64,000 nt of DNA from NCBI GenBank assembly GCA_004431415.1, contig QPMI01000193.1, positions 116,787-180,786 on the forward strand, read 5' to 3'. Under the pieces are notes generated by a model. That model was not told the DNA's origin. It did no database searches and saw nothing but the letters and a program-made list of their open reading frames with translations. This stretch comes from Cyanophora paradoxa CCMP329. Lineage: Eukaryota > Plantae > Glaucophyta. A program made the translations under genes and the position numbers. The stretch's first letter is position 1. Each line of letters begins with the position of its first letter. Of the stretch, positions 51,101-62,695 are shown piece after piece.

Positions 51101-52009
51101 AACACACCCAACACACCAGGCACAAGAGCGGTGCCAGGCGCAAACACAACCGTCAAGTCGCTGGCAGCGGCAGCAGTATAGCTGGAAGGAGCGCTAATGT
51201 CGAATTTGACGCCGGTTTCCGATATTTCCACGTTGCCGAAGGAGAGTTGCGTCTGGCTCGTCGATATTGAGAAGTCGCTAACAAGGAGATTTTGTAGGCC
51301 GACGAAGGTCAGCTCCGAACTGCAAGTAACAGGGACAGAGCCTGGTGAATTCAGCGCTGCAGTTCGTCGAATGCGCGAGATGCTCTTGTTTTGCGGCTGG
51401 CAGAGAATGTTCGTAGGTGTGGTCGTTAGAATACCTGCGCCAGGGGCATAGAGTGAGCCAGGCGCTTTGTCCTTTCGCTAAATGCTTTGATTTGACAACA
51501 TTGGGACTAATGGATGCGTAATATATCTTACCAATAACGCCAACCGTCCCACTCCCGATGACGCTTCCTCCAGTGGGGTAGCGGACTCTGCGAACAACGT
51601 CGCATTTGCCCAGGACACGGCAAGACAAACCACGCACTCGATACTAAAGGATGTGCGCGTCGTTGAATCTGAAACGCGTGCATAGAACTTGTACAGGCTG
51701 CCCAGCTCTGCACCAGTGACTGTGAAGGAGGCTGGCTGCGTCGCTCCAAACGGCCAAACGTTTCCGACACGAGCGGCATCCGCTGGTACTTCCACGCTGG
51801 CCGTGATCTCCGTTTCGGGAATGCCCCGGCAAGCTAAGGCGCACTCGGCAAACCTTCCACGCAGGAGGCGAGCCGGGCTGCACGAGACATCACAGGACTG
51901 AGCGTTCGCAGAGCTCGAAAGAAGGCCCAGAAGCGCCGCTGCGAGTACAAGCCAGGCCGAGGCTCGCAAGCTGCTCGTGAACCCGCCGTTGATAAAGCGC
52001 TTCTGCTGC
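45200..52009 (-). CDS. Large multi-exon type I membrane/cell-surface protein with Cys-paired beta-rich repeats, SEA-like module and one TM helix
   Basis: Signal-peptide-like AWLVLAAALLGLLSSSANAQ. Repeated CxxxR(L/V)xxG....C units (CSPARLLRGRFAEC, CRASRLRYGASTVC, CDVFRLQRGQSVKC, CPRRVRRGTNITC, CTPARLRRGLTATC, CLRRRLPYGGRMRC). SEA-like IQSIRPGSVIVVVEIL. TM LSAGAIAGIVIGSIAGFFLLVGVACWVYF. Confidence 0.75.
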
Positions 52010-52995
52010 GCCCGCTGGGGCGTGGGGTGGGGCGGCGTCGCCGGCTCGGGCGCGCCCTCCTCTTTCTCGACGTCCCGCTCCCGCTTGATGCCCGAGATCG
52101 GCAGCTGGAGGGCTCTCCGGGCGGGGGTAGAGGTAGCCGACGCGGCCTTGGGGGGCGGAGAGGGGGTCCGCTGGGGGGAGACGGGAAGCAAAGCCTGCGG
52201 CTGCGCTTCAAATGCGAGGGCGATGCGGCGAGAGGGCCACGCGGCCACCAGGAAACGCACGATGCAATTGGCATCGGCGTACCCCGCCGCGCCGCCGGCG
52301 GATAGCAGGGTCCTCGCCTTGTCCTCGTTCAGGAGGCTGGGGTACTGCGTCAGAGGAGGCAGAGGAGGACAAAGCATCGGTTGCAGCGCACCTCATCGCG
52401 AATCGGGCGCTTTGGGGTGCAGATGCAGTGCGGATTTGAGAGCGCTGGCGCAGGTAGACGCCGAGGTGCGTTACTGCGAGCCACCAGGTCAGGCCCGGAC
52501 CCGAAGGAGGTGGGGGACGGGGGGGGGGGGGGGGAAGGGGGGGGGGAGGGGGGGGGGCGGAAGAGGGGGCTGGGGGCGAACGTGGGGCATCGGGGTCCGA
52601 GCGCGCTCCCGGAGCGCGGTCCGGGCATAGAGCGAGCTCCCTGCAGCGTACCTCCGTCAGCGGTTGGGGAGGGCTTTGAGCGGGGGTACAGCAGACCAGG
52701 GAATGCTGGGGACCGAACAGTCGCTGGGGGCCGAGGCCCACTCCTCCACCTTCCCCCCGCGAATCTGCGCGATGGATTTCAATTCAGAGAATGGGAGGGA
52801 TGGGGGTACAGCAACGGCAAGAGGGGTACCTGGCCCGTCAGCTTCGCGAAGCCCTTCACGGATACGACGAACGAGAGGAAGGCGCCCTGGGGGTACCACC
52901 GTCTCAGCGAGGGGTACAGTATTTCACTGGACAGAAGGGAGTACCGAGTTCCTCTGGGAGATAAGGAGGTCCGGGTGCCGGGCGCAGACGCCGGG

Positions 52996-53028
<33 letters not shown>

Positions 53029-54106
53029 CGAGGCCGGAGCCGATCCCGAGCTCGAGCTCGAGCTGCTAGAGCTAGCATGCGCGATCGGATCCGCCGTGAT
53101 CGCACTCTCCCTCGCCGCCGCCGCCTTGAGCTCAGCCTCCGCCGTCGCCACCCGAGCCACCGCCTCAGACTCCGCCCGCTCCGCCGCCGCTGCCCGCTCC
53201 TCCGCCGCCGCCGACTCCTCCGCCGCCGCCCGCGCCGCTGCTGCCGCGTTGTACCGATCTGCGCAGCGCGTCCGACACTCGCCTGCGCACCGGCCGCGGA
53301 TCGAATCGCGTTCGCCCGGCGGAGAAAGGCGGCGGGGAGGGCGGCGCACGCTCGTGGGCGTCCCGCTCGCGGGCGAGGAGCAGCTCGCGGCACCCGAGAT
53401 CGGCGAACGCGCAGGGCCGCGGGAGGCTCCCGCACGCCTCCTCGTGCGCCTGCGCGGGGGAGCTCGCGGCCGGCCGGGGGCCCGAGGCAGCGCGCGGTGC
53501 GGGGCCCGGCGGTCGCACCGGGAGGTCGGCGCGCCGGAGGAGCATCCCGCAGCCGCGGCACGCTGAGGCGAGGAACTCGCAGACCGCTCCGTGCCCCGCC
53601 CGCTCCGAGAAGGGGCCCGTCCACCCGCACCCGAGGGCGACGTTCGGGCAGCTGCCCGCCCGTCAGCGCAAGGCAGGCGCAGCCGGCGGCGCGCCCGCCG
53701 GCGGACCGCGAGGGGAGCCGGTCGATCTGCCGCTGCACGTACGGCATCGGAATGACCTGTTCGCGCTCGATTTGCTTCCCGCACCTGCGGCAGGCCCGCG
53801 GGCGGTGAGCGAGAGACGGGCGGCATCGGGCGCGGCGGGCTCACGCGGGGCACTTGGAGACCGCGCAGCCTCCGAATAGGTCGTCCGCGCAACGCTTGCA
53901 CACACAGTGCTGCAGCGCACAGGAGACGGAGACCTGCGCGGCGGCTCAGCTGCAGCAACTTTGGCGCGAAGACAATCAGGGCCGCGGAGGCTGACCGGCC
54001 AGGTTAGCACGTGCGTACAGAGGCCGCAGATTAGCTCTTCGTTGACATCGCCGACAAAGATGTCTCGCGTGCGACGCTCTGGGGGGCTTCCACTGTCGCT
54101 GGCCAT
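52010..54106 (-). CDS. TRAF-like gene, copy 2, with 25-aa in-frame MATH deletion, read through in frame into the surface protein
   Basis: Paralog of 38372-40735; ORF 52377-51478 spans the junction without a stop. Confidence 0.75.
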
Positions 54107-56028
54107 CCGATGCGGCGCGGTTCGTGGGAAGCCGCCACAGCGCTCTTCGGAAATGCCGGATTCGGTCTATCCGGCGCTCGTCGCGGCTGCTGCGAAGTAC
54201 TGGCGCGCCCTGACGCAACTTTGAGCTGCGCGCTGGCCTGTTGCCGTTGAATCGCTAGACGCGAAGCCCGTCGCTAGAGGCTCGGGAGCTCAGACCATGG
54301 AAGCCGACTGGGTTGTTGATATCAAAGTCGTTGACTCGCCAGTAGGCGGACGAGAAGAGCAGCTGTACCCTAGGCACAGCCTGGCCCCCACTTGACTTGT
54401 GTACCCCAAAGGGCAGCCTCCTGAGCCTCGCGCTCGCTGGGTATCCGAAGGCGCCTGTTGAAGGCGCCTGTACGATGAAGGACAAGCTTTTAACGTGCGT
54501 CGCGCACCCAGCGACTGAATAGCCCCAGCAGCGGTGGCCATGTTCCCGGTCGACATCATGGCTAGGTTCGCCTGCGGCTGGAAATGACGCGCTCCTCCGC
54601 ATCCGCAGCAAGCCGCCGGAGCGTAAGGAGCTCGCGGACGTGCTCTCGTCCGTCCCGCCGTTGACGACGGAACCTGAGCCGGAGAACCTGCCGTCGTTCG
54701 ATGAGCTGGTGTGCCACGAGGCCTGCGAAGCCTCAGAGATCTAGAACGGGCCCAGGCACACGCACGTCTCGCTCGCTGAGGGACACGTCCCAGGTCTCCG
54801 CGCGCGCGCGGGAGGTGGAGAATTTGATCGAGAAGGAGGAGGACCAGACGGGCTCGCCATTCGATGAAGACGAGCGCAACGAGGCGCTCGCAAAGGCCGC
54901 TCGGGAGCTCGTGCGTCCTTTCCGCGGCCGTGCAATGCGCGTCGCGCCCGGCTAGCGCTAATCCCTTGCATATGCATGCGCATGTTGACTTTTCCCAATG
55001 CCAGAACGCTCCGGTTGTTCGAGCGTGCGTCCTCGGCCCTTGTTTTGAAAGCTTGTTCTTCCTGACGCCTCGCTTCGCTCTCCAGGCTCCTCCGCAAGGG
55101 CGCGTCGGAGTGGTTCAGCGGCTTCGAGGTCCGCGCGCGTCGGAATTCGATTCGATCTCGCGCGCGCCGCTGACGGCGCAGGCTCCAGGCGGAGGAGAAG
55201 AACGCGGTCTCGGCCCTCTTCCAGGCGGGATCCGGCGAAGGCAAAATGAGGGAGCGCGAGCACCCGCTCCTCGCCGGTCTCAACGCTGTCTACGTGCGCC
55301 GCGCCTGTGCCCCGGGAGATCGCGTACCTCCTCACATCCCGGCCCTCCCGTTCGTTTGCAGGATGATTCCTCGGAGCTCAACACGGCCAGCTACAAGCTG
55401 ATCCTGCGGGACTACCTCCGTGTCATCGGGGTAACCCTCGATTCCGCGTTCCCCCTCCTCTCGAGAACGCGCTCACACCCCGGGCCAGACTCGCGTCCAC
55501 GAGATCCGTACCCTGCGGAGCAAGCGCACCCTCGTCATGTCGATGATCGCTAAGTCGCAGTTCAACCTCGCTACGTTCGTACCCCGACCGCTTTGGGAGG
55601 GTTTCAGAGATCCGTCGCGTTGATGGCCCGGGGTACGTCGATGCAGGTGGTATCTGCAGGGGTGCGAAATCGCCCCCGCCCCGCGCAAGTTCCCCCCAGA
55701 CCTCTACCTGGACGATGCCGGGTACGCTTTCGCGCATGCGCGTCGGACCGCGTACCCCGTAACCCCACGTCCGATGAAGGGAGTACCCCTACGTGGACAA
55801 CGACGGGAACACGTTCCTCGACCACCTGTACGACAGCGACAGCGGGAAGCTCCGGTGCCGCCCCGCGCCCGCCTGATCATAAACCGCCCCCGCTCGGGCT
55901 CGAGCCCGGGGCGCCTTTGCAGCGAGTTCGTGGCGCTGGTGAAGGACGAGAGGACGCGCGCCGCGCTCCTGAACCACGGGCTCGCCTCCGCCGCCGGCGA
56001 GACCCTCCTCATGCGGGCGCGCCCTTCG

Positions 56029-56059
<31 letters not shown>

Positions 56060-56151
56060 CCCCCCTTCGAGAGGCGCGCTGACCGGGCGGGGGCCGGGGC
56101 AGGCGTCGCGGCACGGGAACAGGGCGGCCGTGCGCGTCCTGCTCAAGTTCG
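52010..56151. repeat. Segmental duplication, copy 2
   Basis: Direct repeat of 38630-42675. Confidence 0.93.
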
Positions 56152-59100
56152 GGGCCGACCCGATGGTCGCCGACAAGAAGGGCGAGACCGTGCGCCCCGC
56201 CGCCCCCGCCGTCGCTGCCGCCCCGTTCGATCCCGCGCAGGCCCCGTTCTACGCCCTGCGGTTCACCGACCCGAAAACGAGCGTACCCCTCCGCTACTTC
56301 TTCACCCGCAAGGGCCACTGGTGAGGCGCCCTACCCCCCACCTCCCGTCTTCCCGGGTATTGATCCCGTACCCCCCACAGGCGATCTTACGGGGCGTACA
56401 AGAACCTGGACCTCGACCGCGTGCGCCCCCGCCCCAAGGGGTACCGGGCTCCCTCCTTCGAACCCGGCGCAGGCGGAGGAGGCGCTCGATGCGGAGCGCT
56501 TCGCGGGCTCGGACGACGCGCGCACCCTCGGCCATCTCGGCCTCACTCCTCCACTGACAGTGGCGGCAGGACAACGCACTGGCTAAGGCTTCGCCGGCGC
56601 GCCACATCAAGCGCGTGCTCTCCGCCAAGGGGCAGAGCCTCCTGCAGTGCGCTCCGGGCCCTCCATCCTCGGAAGCCGGAGGCCGGGCCGGTGCTCGGGG
56701 TCTCTGACGGGAGGCGGGGGCGCGGCGGGGGCAGCGGGGTGGCGCGGCTGGGGAACAGCGCGGCGTGCCGGCAGCTCCTTCAGGACTACGACTTCGCCGA
56801 CGTGCGCCCAGCCCTGCCCCCGCCCCGCGCCCCGCGCTCCTGCCCCCCGCTTTCCCTCACAATCATGAGCAAGAAACATCTCTGTATCCGTCTAGTGCAT
56901 TCCTAAGAGCGCTGTCTGGTGCATTTCCGCTCCTCTGCCATCTCCCCTATTCCTCCTCCTCCTCTTCCTCCTCCTCCTTCCCCCCCCCCCCACCACCCCC
57001 CCCCCCCCTCCCGAGCAAATAAACAGTGCCGCGGCACTGCCGCCCCCGCGAATAGTGCCGTGCGGTATGCGCTCATGTTCGGATGCCGCCGATGACGCAG
57101 CGCCCCGCCCGGCGCGGCCCCCGCAGATGATTGACGTGCCGGACTCGGACCGGCGCACCCCGCTGGTGCGGCGCCCGCCCCGAGCCCGCCCAGCCGCACC
57201 GGCCTCGCTCATCGCCCCCCGCAGATCCTCGCCACCATGGGCGGCTTCGCCCCCGTCATGCGGTGCGCGTTACCTTCTCGCCAAACGCCGCTGCACGCTC
57301 GGCTCGTCTCGGTTGTTCTCACTTGGGCGCCGGCGCGCGGCGGCAGGCTCCTGCTGGCGCTCCCGGAGGCGGCCTCCGAGGAGGCCGCCGGGGAGAAGCC
57401 GCCCGAGAAGGGCGCGGGGGCCGCCCCCCGCCGCCCCAAGGCCCCCACCTGGAAGGTGCCGCGCCCCCGGGAGAGGCCCCGCGGTCGAGGCGCTCGGGCC
57501 TCGGCTCTGCAGCGAGCGAAGCAAAGCGCGGAGGGCGCCGGGGGGGCGCGCGCGCCCTCGCCCTGGAGCTCATCGGCGTCGGTCGCGCAGGGGGCGGACC
57601 GGTACGCGGAGGACCGGTTGAAGCGGACGGCGCTGCACTACGCCCTCGCCGCCACCGACCTTGCCGCCGTCGCGTGCGCCCCGCAACCCCGCAGCAGCCG
57701 CCGGCCGCCCCGCCTGACGCGGCGCAGGATCCTGCTGGGGAGCGAGGGGGGCGCCCCCGCCAGTGCCGCCTCCGTCCCCGAGGAGATGAAGGAGGCGCGG
57801 CCGCCCGCCCCCCCTCTTCCCCTGCTCGCGATTCGACCCGCCCCCGCCTCCCCGGCAGGTCCTGCGCCGCACCGTCTACGAGGGGGGAGTGACCCCGCTC
57901 ATGGCGCGCCCGCCGCCCCGCGCCGCGCCCTCCCTGGCCCCCCCGGGCTAGGCTGAAGCCGCCCTCCCCGCCCAGAAATTCGTGACGAGCGACCCGGGCA
58001 TGGTCAACCTCTTCCTCCAGGCTCGCCCCGCCCCGCCCCGCCCGCACCCCGGCCTTCCGCCCCCGCGACCGCCCCCGCAGAGCGGGGCCGACCCGAACGC
58101 GGTGGATGCGCGCCGGCGCACGGCCCTGATGTACCTCGCCGCCGGCTGCCACACCGCGTGAGCTCGCCCGCCCCGCGCACCCCTCGGGCGGCGTCGAGAG
58201 GCGGCGGGGCAGGGGCGAGGAGGTGGTGCGGGCGTCGCTGGGGCACCTGCTGGACCGGGAGGCGGAGGTGGCGGCGCAGGACGCCCTCGGCCGCACCGCC
58301 CTCCACTACGCCGCCCACCGCCTCCAGGTCACTACCCCTCCCACCCGCAGCACAGCGCCGCCGCCGCTCGGGGTGAGCCGGGGCGGGGCGGGGCGGCCAG
58401 GACGGGGAGGCCGCGGCCACGCTCGTCTTCCGCGAGATCCTCGAGAAGGCGCGCGCCCTCGTTTCCCAGACTTCTGTGCGGCGAACGCTGAGGCGGCCTG
58501 GGGCAGGACCCCGGGCTGCTGTGGACGGCGGACGCGTTCGGGCGGCTGCCCGTCACGTACGCCGCCATGTACGGCTTCGGCGAGCAGGCCTTCAAGAAGG
58601 TCCCGCCCGCCCCGCGGCCCCCAGAGCCCCAGCGATGGCTCGAGATCTAGGGCGGAGGGGGGGAGGCGGGCGGCGCGAGGCTGATAATGATCGCGCGCCG
58701 GGGCCGCCGCAGGTCTTCTCGGACCACCAGACGAAGGAGCTCGCCGCCGCCGACAGCGATGGCATGAACCCGGTGCGCATTCCCCCCAGCTTCCCGACCG
58801 CGACGTGAAGGGGACTTGGACGATGTCGGCTCTCGCGTTTACGCCGCCCTGACGCCCTCCGGCAGCTCCTCTGGGCGGCGTACGCGGGGCGGGAGGAGAC
58901 GCCGCTGATCGCGAAGATGGTGCGGGGCCGGCGCCAGCGCCGCAGCCGCCACGCGCGCGCGCGTCGCGCCTCGGGGCCGTGACGGGCGGGCGGGCAGATC
59001 TGGAGCTCCATCAGCTGGGACGCCTGGTTCAGCGTCAAGGCGCGCCGCCGCGTTCGACGCTCCCCGGGGGCGCTCGCCTCTGACTCCCCCGCAGCTCGAG

Positions 59101-62100
59101 TACTGCGACCTCCTCATGCTCTTCCAGCCCCAGGCCCGCCGCCGCCCCCGCCCCGCGCTCGCCGCCCCGAGCGCCGCCCGGCTGACGCGCCGGGCAGGAC
59201 CGCCTCGGCGTGATCGAGATCCTCGCCAGCAAGAAGACCCCCGTCAACTTCGAGAACGTGCGCCCGGCCACGAGACCGCGCTCCGCCGTGCCGGCGCGCG
59301 CGTGACTGAGTGCGCTTGGGGGGCGGGGGCAGGTGGTGCGAAGCCGGTGCTCGGAGGTGGACGGGGAGGACGCGCGGGCGCACGCCGCCATGGCCTTCGC
59401 GCTTCACTTTGGGCGCCTCGCCGCCGTCGAGGAGGTGAGGAACGATCCCCGCGAGCGAGCGGGGCCGGATTGGGCGAGGGTGCCGAGGGGGCGCGGGCGC
59501 AGGCGCGGCGGGACGAGTACGAGGAGATGCAGAAGAAGGCGCTCGCCCTCGCCGAGAAGCTCCTCGACGAGGCCCCCGCCGACTCGCCCGTCGCCCAGCG
59601 CAAGGCGCGCCGCTCGCCCGCTGCGCAGCCCTCTCTCTAGCACCTCCGCGATCTCGAGGGTGCGAGGTTCCGCGGGCGCGCCGTGGACTGACGGGCGGAG
59701 CGCGGCAGCTCGTGGTGGACCTGGGCCACAAGACGGCGGCGCTGAACGAGCGCAAGCGGCGCGCCGTCGCCGCCCGCCGCGACACCGTGCCCCCCGCCCC
59801 TCTACCTCCCCGCCCCCCGGCGCTCTCTTCTCAGCCCCTCGGAACTCCCCGCAGAAGCGCCACGAGGCCGCTCTGGAGGAGCACAAGTACTCGTGCCTGC
59901 GCGCCCTGGTGCGCGCCTTCCTGCTTGCGGCTCCTGTTCCAGCGCTCGGCTTCGAGCGCAGGGGGCCGCAGAAGGACGGGCGGCGCGGGGCGCTGCAGTA
60001 CCTGTTCGGGGGCCAGGGCCTCTCGGCGGACGAGCGGCGGCGCCTGCTCGCCGGCCTCGTCGCCGGCAACCCCGAGGTCCCCGCCCGCGCCCCGGCGCCC
60101 CCGCGCCCCGGCGCGAGGGGCGAGGGGGCTGCAGGCGGAGAGCCGGGGCGAGCCGCCGGCGCTCTTCGACACGACCCACGAGCTCTTCGACGCGCTGCGC
60201 GGCGGCAAGGACGTCCGCTTCCACGTGCGCCCCCGCCCGCCCGGCCCCGCGATGCGCCGGCCGGCCTCCGAGGCGCCCGCTCGCCTCGCCCCGCAGAACG
60301 TGCAGGTGCTCACCGCCGGCCCCGACCACGAGTCGGAGGAGCAGCGCGCCAAGAGGGGCTTCCTCTGCGGCATCAGCCGTGCGCGCCCGCCCCGCCGCCC
60401 TCTGCCCTCGCGCGCGTCGCCGCCACCGACGCGGAGGCCGGCGCCGCAGTGAAGTGCATGGCGGGGGCCCAAGGCGAGGAGGGCGAGGAGGAGATTTCCA
60501 CGTCGGTCGGGACCAGTGCGCCGCCCCGCGCGCTGCCGACGACCCGCGCGCGGCCGACCTGCCCGCCCCGCCGCGGCTCGCGCGCGTCGCAGCGTGGAGC
60601 CACCGGCTCGAGATCACGTGGACGGACCTGGTGCGATGCCGCGCCCCGCGGGCGGCTGCCGCGCTGCCCTTCGCCCTCGCGCTCTGATCAGACCCCGACC
60701 GGGGCGGCAGGTGACGGAGGAGGAGGCGGAGGCGGGCGAGGAGGCGGCCGCGCGCGACATCGTCGGCCTGCGCCTCTGGTGCGCCGGCGTCGGACTTGAG
60801 GCCGACGCGGGGCCCCGCGGCACCGTGCCGACGGCCTCCGCGGCAGGTACGACGAGCTGCCCGAGGACTACCACGAGGACGGCGAGCCGACCCGCGCCGT
60901 CTGCGGCGTCGAGGTGCTGCCGCCCCCGCGCCGCCGCCCGCTCGGGGCCGGACCGACGGCGGGGCGGGGGCAGGTGGCGCGGGCGGCGCGGGGGAGGCCC
61001 GGCAAGACCGTGAGCACGCTGATCGGGCGCAACGTGGGGCCCAACGGGGAGCGCCTCGACATGCACGACATCCGCGTCCCGGCCGACCACCAGGCCCGCC
61101 CCCCCCCCCCCACCTCACCGGATCGGCGTTATTCGCCGAGAGCCGCCGGCTGGGTCGGCGGCGGCGGCGGGGGCGCTCACGGGCGGGGCGGCAGGTGGTG
61201 GGCATGGCCGGCCTCGCCCGCACGTGGCTCTTCGACCTGGGCCTCGTCGTGCGGCCCCGCGGGCCCCTCTTCGCCTCCAAGCTCAAGTGCGCGCGCGCCG
61301 CCGGCCCCTCCGAGCGCCCCCGCGCCCACGCGCCGCCAGGGGGATCATGGAGGAGAACCCGGCGCCGGCCGCGCCGGCCGCCAAGGAGGCCGCCAAGCCG
61401 GAGGAGGTCAAGGAGGGGGCCCCCAGGGCGATGAGCATCATCGAGGTGCGCCCGCGCCCTCCCGCCGCCCGGGGCCGCCCCCGCCCACCGCGGGCGGGAA
61501 GATGGCGCTGGAGATCGGGCCGAGCGCCGGCAAGATCCTCGCCCACCCGCGCGTCGCCGAGCGCCTCTCCTCCACCGTCCGCTCCGCCCCCCGCCCCTCT
61601 CATTGCCCTCTCTCCTCTCGAGCGCCACCACGTGCGCAGTGGCGGGGGGAGACGAAGGCGGAGGAGTCGCTGCTGGACCAGCTGGTCATCAAGCCGATCT
61701 TCTCCGTCCTCGGGCAGTGGCGCGCGGGGGGGAAGCCCGGCTCGCGGGCCGCCGAGGAGGAGGAGGAGGGGCCGGGCGGGGGCGTGCCGGCGTGGAACCT
61801 CTTCGCCCGGAAGGACGCCGTCTTCGGGACGCCCCGCGGCAAGTTCTTCCTCGAGTCCGCCCCCGCCCCCCGCCTCCCCCGCCCTCGCGCCCGGCGCGCC
61901 CCGACGCCGGCGTGCCGCCAGGTTCCTCTTCTACATCTTCCTCCTCGCCACCTTCACCCTCGGTCCGCGCCCCCGCCCCCGCCCCCGCCCTCGCCTCGCG
62001 CTGAGCCTGGGGACGCGCCGGCAGCGCTGAACTGGCAGACGGAGGGGGTCAACGGGGCGGACCTGCTCCTCCTCGCCCTCATCGCCTCCTTCGTCGTCGC

Positions 62101-62662
62101 CGAGTCCTCCCAGGCCCGCCCCCGCCCCGCCCCGCCCCGCCGCCGGCCCCCCGCGCGAGCCCAGCCCCCCGGGCGGCGCAGGTGCTCCAGGACGGGTGGA
62201 AGTACTTCTTCAACGTGTGGAACGTCGCCGACGTCATCATGTGCGCGCAGCGCGCCCCAGCCCGCGCGGCCGCGCGGCGCGCGCCTGATCTCGATCGGCG
62301 GGGGCGCGCGCAGGGTGCTCATCTTCGCGGCCTACTACATCATCCGCCTGAAGAACGTCTTCGACTTCAGGTGATTCCTCCCTCTCTTCGCTTGCTCTTG
62401 TGGGCGAGCCTTGTTCGACGCCTCGGCAGCCACGCGGACGTCGTCACCGCGTACCGCATCCTCGCGTTCAACTCGATCCTTCTCTGGACGCGCCTGCTGA
62501 ACACCTGGTTCGCTGCCCTCGCGAGGCCCCCTCGGCCGGCTGCGGCCGGGCCGCCGGCCGCTCGTGACGCTCGGCCGCAGCGACCTGCACCCGACGCTGG
62601 GGCCGCTCCTGACCATCATCAAGAACAGTGCGCTGTTTCACCTCGGCCGCTGTCGGGCGCTG

Positions 62663-62695
<33 letters not shown>

